64,000 nucleotides of DNA. It comes from Eledone cirrhosa (lineage: Eukaryota). This document shows positions 56,785 to 64,000 of the stretch, one piece after another. The stretch spans positions 116,374,001-116,438,000 of the forward strand of contig OZ024740.1 in the NCBI GenBank assembly GCA_964016885.1, written 5' to 3'. The stretch's first letter is position 1; each line of letters starts with the position of its first letter. Under the pieces are notes generated by a model. The model did not search any database. It was not told the DNA's origin and saw only the letters and a list, made by a program, of their open reading frames with translations. Both the position numbers and the translations under genes were made by a program.

Positions 56785-58200
56785 GATTGGTGTGTACAAT
56801 CTTGTGATGTCCCAATGCGGTGACTTCATGGCTCTTGAAGCTATTTTTTATATATCTTTTGTCTTTTTATACATCTTCTGTATGCGCTCCAACTGTGTCT
56901 GCTTGCTTTGGCTAACCCGCCTGCACCTCGCTTGCTACTGCACGTGAATTCTCCTACCTTCCTTCGATGCACCTCTGTTTGACCATTGGACTCCTGCCCG
57001 GGTGTGAACCGGTTTGTGATTACCCCACCGCTCAACTGTGTGAATGCACACCCGTGACTTTCGAGTGAACTTTTGAGACTGCCCAACCTGGGACGCCTCC
57101 ATTGCCTGCAATGGTCAAGTGATACTGGTGACTGTGACACTTAGTGCCTTCGTGGGCCCCTGATATTTTCAAGAAATATATTTTTTTTAAAAAATGGTCA
57201 AGTGATACAGATAACTGTGACACTTAGTGCCTTCGTGGGCCCTGATATATTCAAGAGATATATTCTAAAAAAATATATATCTTATCTCAATTTACTTTAT
57301 TTCATTTTATTTTATTTCATTTCATTTTATTTAATTTTATTTATTTACTTATTTAATTTCATTTATTTATTTATTTATTTACTTATTTATTTATTTATTT
57401 ATTTATTTAAATTTAATTTTAATTTTAATTTTATTTATTTATTTAATTTTATTTATTTATTTATTTATTTATTTAATTACATTTGATTATATCTTATATT
57501 ATATTATTTTACTTTAGTCTATTTTATTTTATTTTAGTTTACCTTATTTTATCTTATTTTATGATTATATTATATTATATTCTATTTTATATAATTTTCA
57601 TTTTAATTTTATATTATTTTATTTCATTCCTTACCCTGTATCAATATTATCTGTATATTTTATATTTTATATGTAAGTTTGTTATATATTTTTTTATATT
57701 TTCTTATATATATTATAAGTCTGTTTTTCACCTATTTTTTACCTACTCTTACCTAATCCTATCTATCTTATCTACTCTTGTCTGTTCTCTTATCCATGTG
57801 TATGCTTGTATGTAACTATATGTTGACAGCACCCCGCCCAACTGTGACTGATAGCACCCCTTATTTTTCATTGTTTATTTTATTATTTTTATTTTTACTT
57901 TTATTTTTATTTTTATTCTTATTTTTACTTTTACTTCCTTAATATCCTTTATCTTCTATTATTTTTCATTCTTCAATGTCTTGGATTTGTTATTGCTTGT
58001 ATGGTATGTAATTAACCTTTATGCTCTGATGAGTCTCACTTATAGTGCGGATGAAACAATGTTAGCAAGTAAAGATATGCATATGCTATAGGCGTTCTTT
58101 GTTATTTATTATATCACGGCTCTGTCCTCAGACATCGAGCTAACCTTATACTGCCTGCTGGATAAGTGGAGTGTTATACACCCCTGATCCTCTCCCTAGT
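56785..58200 (+). mobile_element. Non-coding ~1.4-kb insert in TA tract with a 3' HHR-like motif (58022-58067)
   Basis: TGCT-CTGATGA-GTCTCAC ttata GTGcGGAT-GAAA-CAATGT-T-AGCA. Internal ~65-bp duplication at ~57110/57192. Confidence 0.55.
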
Positions 58201-58238
58201 ATACTATATATAATATATATATATATAATATATATATG

Positions 58239-58278
<40 letters not shown>

Positions 58279-58657
58279 TAATATATATATAATATATATA
58301 TAATATATATATATAATATATATATAATATATATATATAATATATATAATATATATATAGTATATATATAATATATATATATAATATATATAATATATAT
58401 ATAGTATATATATAATATATATAATATATATATAGTATATATATAATATATATATATAATATATATAATATATATATAGTATATATATAATATATATATA
58501 TAATATATATAATATATATATAGTATATATATAGTATATATATAATATATAATATATATAATATAATATATATAATATAAGATATATATAATATATATAT
58601 ATATAATATATATATATATATAATATATATATAAATATATATATAATATATATATAA

Positions 58658-58692
<35 letters not shown>

Positions 58693-58704
58693 ATATATAT
58701 ATAA

Positions 58705-58739
<35 letters not shown>

Positions 58740-58802
58740 ATATATATATAAATATATATATAATATATATATATATAATATATAATATATATATATATAT
58801 AT

Positions 58803-58833
<31 letters not shown>

Positions 58834-59115
58834 ATATATATATAATATATATAATATATATATATATATATAATATATATATAATATATATATATATATA
58901 ATATATATATATATATAATATATATAATATATATATATATATATAATATATATATATATATATAATATATATATAATATATATAATATATATATATATAT
59001 ATAATATATAATATATATATAATATATATATATATATAATATATATATATATAATATATATATATATAATATATATATATAATATATATATATAATATAT
59101 ATATATATAATATAT

Positions 59116-59146
<31 letters not shown>

Positions 59147-59398
59147 ATATATATATATATAATATATATATATATAATATATATATATATAATATATATA
59201 TATAATATATATATATATAATATATATATATAATATATATATATATAATATATAATATATATATATATAATATATAATAAATTGAAACAAAATGAAAACG
59301 AAATTTCATTTCTCACTCTTAGTATGGCACTTACTTAAATGTAAGTATGCATGTATACGTACATACATATATGTATACAGACGTACAGTAGCATGCAC

Positions 59399-59435
<37 letters not shown>

Positions 59436-59873
59436 TATACATATGCATACAGGTACACATACATATATGCACGTATCAGTTTAGCGGCGCTAACGTCGCT
59501 TTGTTCGTTTGTAAACAAACTGAACAGCCTGAATTTATGCCATACGGTGTTAAGGCAACCACGTCACCTTTTTGTTCAACACTGACACAGGAACGATGTA
59601 CTAGTTTCAAGCTTGTTAGCTATCATCAGCACCGTTTACCCATCTGCCAGATAGTTGAACGTTCGAAAGTATATACTTTCCTTATGAAAATTAACGGCTG
59701 AGCAGCCTAATTTGCATATTGAGTGAGTTAAATCGGTTAGGCATACCGAAAACGATAAATTGAAACAAAATGAAAACGAAATTTCATTTCTCACTCTTAG
59801 TATGGCACTTACTTAAATGTAAGTATGCATGTATACGTACATACATATATGTATACAGACGTACAGTAGCATG

Positions 59874-59915
<42 letters not shown>

Positions 59916-60353
59916 TATACATATGCATACAGGTACACATACATATATGCACGTATCAGTTTAGCGGCGCTAACGTCGCTTTGTTCGTTTGTAAACAAAC
60001 TGAACAGCCTGAATTTATGCCATACGGTGTTAAGGCAACCACGTCACCTTTTTGTTCAACACTGACACAGGAACGATGTACTAGTTTCAAGCTTGTTAGC
60101 TATCATCAGCACCGTTTACCCATCTGCCAGATAGTTGAACGTTCGAAAGTATATACTTTCCTTATGAAAATTAACGGCTGAGCAGCCTAATTTGCATATT
60201 GAGTGAGTTAAATCGGTTAGGCATACCGAAAACGATAAATTGAAACAAAATGAAAACGAAATTTCATTTCTCACTCTTAGTATGGCACTTACTTAAATGT
60301 AAGTATGCATGTATACGTACATACATATATGTATACAGACGTACAGTAGCATG

Positions 60354-60405
<52 letters not shown>

Positions 60406-60836
60406 TATACATATGCATACAGGTACACATACATATATGCACGTATCAGTTTAGCGGCGCTAACGTCGCTTTGTTCGTTTGTAAACAAACTGAACAGCCT
60501 GAATTTATGCCATACGGTGTTAAGGCAACCACGTCACCTTTTTGTTCAACACTGACACAGGAACGATGTACTAGTTTCAAGCTTGTTAGCTATCATCAGC
60601 ACCGTTTACCCATCTGCCAGATAGTTGAACGTTCGAAAGTATATACTTTCCTTATGAAAATTAACGGCTGAGCAGCCTAATTTGCATATTGAGTGAGTTA
60701 AATCACTGAGTGGTTGCCTTAACACCGTATGGCATAAATTCAGGCTGTTCAGTTTGTTTACAAACGAACAAAGCGACGTTAGCGCCGCTAAACTGATACG
60801 TGCATATATGTATGTGTACCTGTATGCATATGTATA

Positions 60837-60880
<44 letters not shown>

Positions 60881-61036
60881 CATGCTACTGTACGTCTGTA
60901 TACATATATGTATGTACGTATACATGCATACTTACATTTAAGTAAGTGCCATACTAAGAGTGAGAAATGAAATTTCGTTTTCATTTTGTTTCAATTTATC
61001 GTTTTCGGTATGCCTAACCGATTTAACTCACTCAAT

Positions 61037-61044
61037 ATGCAAAT
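61037..61044 (+). promoter_or_regulatory. Octamer ATGCAAAT, one per R1 unit; candidate snRNA-type distal element
   Basis: Exact octamer 88 nt upstream of the HHR core. Conserved in R2 (30767) and R3 (55919). Confidence 0.55.
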
Positions 61045-61117
61045 TAGGCTGCTCAGCCGTTAATTTTCATAAGGAAAGTATATACTTTCGAACGTTCAAC
61101 TATCTGGCAGATGGGTA

Positions 61118-61162
61118 AACGGTGCTGATGATAGCTAACAAGCTTGAAACTAGTACATCGTT
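61118..61162 (+). ncRNA. Minimal type I hammerhead in each R1 unit (plus cores 61125, 61605, 62089, 62571, 63053, 63539; minus 59592-59636, 60072-60116, 60562-60606)
   Basis: AACGGTG-CTGATGA-T-AGCT aaca AGCT-T-GAAA-CTAGT-A-CATCGTT. Stem I is 7 bp, stem III palindromic, GUA site. Confidence 0.88.
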
Positions 61163-61318
61163 CCTGTGTCAGTGTTGAACAAAAAGGTGACGTGGTTGCC
61201 TTAACACCGTATGGCATAAATTCAGGCTGTTCAGTTTGTTTACAAACGAACAAAGCGACGTTAGCGCCGCTAAACTGATACGTGCATATATGTATGTGTA
61301 CCTGTATGCATATGTATA

Positions 61319-61360
<42 letters not shown>

Positions 61361-61798
61361 CATGCTACTGTACGTCTGTATACATATATGTATGTACGTA
61401 TACATGCATACTTACATTTAAGTAAGTGCCATACTAAGAGTGAGAAATGAAATTTCGTTTTCATTTTGTTTCAATTTATCGTTTTCGGTATGCCTAACCG
61501 ATTTAACTCACTCAATATGCAAATTAGGCTGCTCAGCCGTTAATTTTCATAAGGAAAGTATATACTTTCGAACGTTCAACTATCTGGCAGATGGGTAAAC
61601 GGTGCTGATGATAGCTAACAAGCTTGAAACTAGTACATCGTTCCTGTGTCAGTGTTGAACAAAAAGGTGACGTGGTTGCCTTAACACCGTATGGCATAAA
61701 TTCAGGCTGTTCAGTTTGTTTACAAACGAACAAAGCGACGTTAGCGCCGCTAAACTGATACGTGCATATATGTATGTGTACCTGTATGCATATGTATA

Positions 61799-61844
<46 letters not shown>

Positions 61845-62282
61845 CATGCTACTGTACGTCTGTATACATATATGTATGTACGTATACATGCATACTTACA
61901 TTTAAGTAAGTGCCATACTAAGAGTGAGAAATGAAATTTCGTTTTCATTTTGTTTCAATTTATCGTTTTCGGTATGCCTAACCGATTTAACTCACTCAAT
62001 ATGCAAATTAGGCTGCTCAGCCGTTAATTTTCATAAGGAAAGTATATACTTTCGAACGTTCAACTATCTGGCAGATGGGTAAACGGTGCTGATGATAGCT
62101 AACAAGCTTGAAACTAGTACATCGTTCCTGTGTCAGTGTTGAACAAAAAGGTGACGTGGTTGCCTTAACACCGTATGGCATAAATTCAGGCTGTTCAGTT
62201 TGTTTACAAACGAACAAAGCGACGTTAGCCCCGCTAAACTGATACGTGCATATATGTATGTGTACCTGTATGCATATGTATA

Positions 62283-62326
<44 letters not shown>

Positions 62327-62764
62327 CATGCTACTGTACGTCTGTATACATATATGTATGTACGTATACATGCATACTTACATTTAAGTAAGTGCCATAC
62401 TAAGAGTGAGAAATGAAATTTCGTTTTCATTTTGTTTCAATTTATCGTTTTCGGTATGCCTAACCGATTTAACTCACTCAATATGCAAATTAGGCTGCTC
62501 AGCCGTTAATTTTCATAAGGAAAGTATATACTTTCGAACGTTCAACTATCTGGCAGATGGGTAAACGGTGCTGATGATAGCTAACAAGCTTGAAACTAGT
62601 ACATCGTTCCTGTGTCAGTGTTGAACAAAAAGGTGACGTGGTTGCCTTAACACCGTATGGCATAAATTCAGGCTGTTCAGTTTGTTTACAAACGAACAAA
62701 GCGACGTTAGCGCCGCTAAACTGATACGTGCATATATGTATGTGTACCTGTATGCATATGTATA

Positions 62765-62808
<44 letters not shown>

Positions 62809-63246
62809 CATGCTACTGTACGTCTGTATACATATATGTATGTACGTATAGATGCATACTTACATTTAAGTAAGTGCCATACTAAGAGTGAGAAATGAAA
62901 TTTCGTTTTCATTTTGTTTCAATTTATCGTTTTCGGTATGCCTAACCGATTTAACTCACTCAATATGCAAATTAGGCTGCTCAGCCGTTAATTTTCATAA
63001 GGAAAGTATATACTTTCGAACGTTCAACTATCTGGCAGATGGGTAAACGGTGCTGATGATAGCTAACAAGCTTGAAACTAGTACATCGTTCCTGTGTCAG
63101 TGTTGAACAAAAAGGTGACGTGGTTGCCTTAACACCGTATGGCATAAATTCAGGCTGTTCAGTTTGTTTACAAACGAACAAAGCGACGTTAGCGCCGCTA
63201 AACTGATACGTGCATATATGTATGTGTACCTGTATGCATATGTATA

Positions 63247-63294
<48 letters not shown>

Positions 63295-63732
63295 CATGCT
63301 ACTGTACGTCTGTATACATATATGTATGTACGTATACATGCATACTTACATTTAAGTAAGTGCCATACTAAGAGTGAGAAATGAAATTTCGTTTTCATTT
63401 TGTTTCAATTTATCGTTTTCGGTATGCCTAACCGATTTAACTCACTCAATATGCAAATTAGGCTGCTCAGCCGTTAATTTTCATAAGGAAAGTATATACT
63501 TTCGAACGTTCAACTATCTGGCAGATGGGTAAACGGTGCTGATGATAGCTAACAAGCTTGAAACTAGTACATCGTTCCTGTGTCAGTGTTGAACAAAAAG
63601 GTGACGTGGTTGCCTTAACACCGTATGGCATAAATTCAGGCTGTTCAGTTTGTTTACAAACGAACAAAGCGACGTTAGCGCCGCTAAACTGATACGTGCA
63701 TATATGTATGTGTACCTGTATGCATATGTATA

Positions 63733-63776
<44 letters not shown>

Positions 63777-64000
63777 CATGCTACTGTACGTCTGTATACA
63801 TATATGTATGTACGTATACATGCATACTTACATTTAAGTAAGTGCCATACTAAGAGTGAGAAATGAAATTTCGTTTTCATTTTGTTTCAATTTATCGTTT
63901 TCGGTATGCCTAACCGATTTAACTCACTCAATATGCAAATTAGGCTGCTCAGCCGTTAATTTTCATAAGGAAAGTATATACTTTCGAACGTTCAACTATC

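Larger units (their letters stand above)
59280..64000. repeat. Tandem array of ~480-bp HHR-containing units (retrozyme-like R1) with an internal inversion at ~60704-60710
   Basis: Periods of 478-486 bp (490 core-to-core where the internal TA run is longest). About 3 units lie in one orientation (59280-60704) and ~6.8 in the other, running off the window end. Confidence 0.95.

Noticed and set aside
59292-63880. Repeated MKTKFHFS... and MFTNEQSD... ORFs in the array
   Set aside because: Frames change with internal (TA)n length, there is no recognisable domain, and they are not preserved in R3.

Overview
This is a very AT-rich, microsatellite-saturated eukaryotic window. The abundant tRNA-derived SINEs look like octopus (cephalopod) families, which is recognition from memory rather than a search result. 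I can support no intact host gene; nearly all listed ORFs are translations of simple repeats. Recognisable coding remnants are two decayed Penelope-like elements (PLE; RT C-terminus and/or GIY-YIG endonuclease), an RTE-clade LINE fragment and a CRE-like non-LTR RT fragment. The main signal is a dense set of small non-coding elements, mostly embedded in (TA)n, that carry type I hammerhead ribozyme (HHR) motifs: more than 20 motifs in roughly ten families. (1) A near-perfect tandem array of ~480-bp units at 59.3-64 kb has nine minimal HHRs and an internal head-to-head inversion, resembling a non-LTR retrozyme. Three diverged relatives (30.4, 39.7, 55.5 kb) show HHR stem covariation and a conserved octamer (ATGCAAAT), two also with a PSE-like box, suggesting an snRNA-type internal promoter. 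(2) Four copies of a hairpin element contain only the 3' half of a hammerhead, folded back at stem II. (3) One HHR family has a U3-A8 core variant. (4) Unrelated families share a divergent inverted-arm architecture typical of PLE-type insertion. All structures were read by eye; cleavage and transcription are untested.
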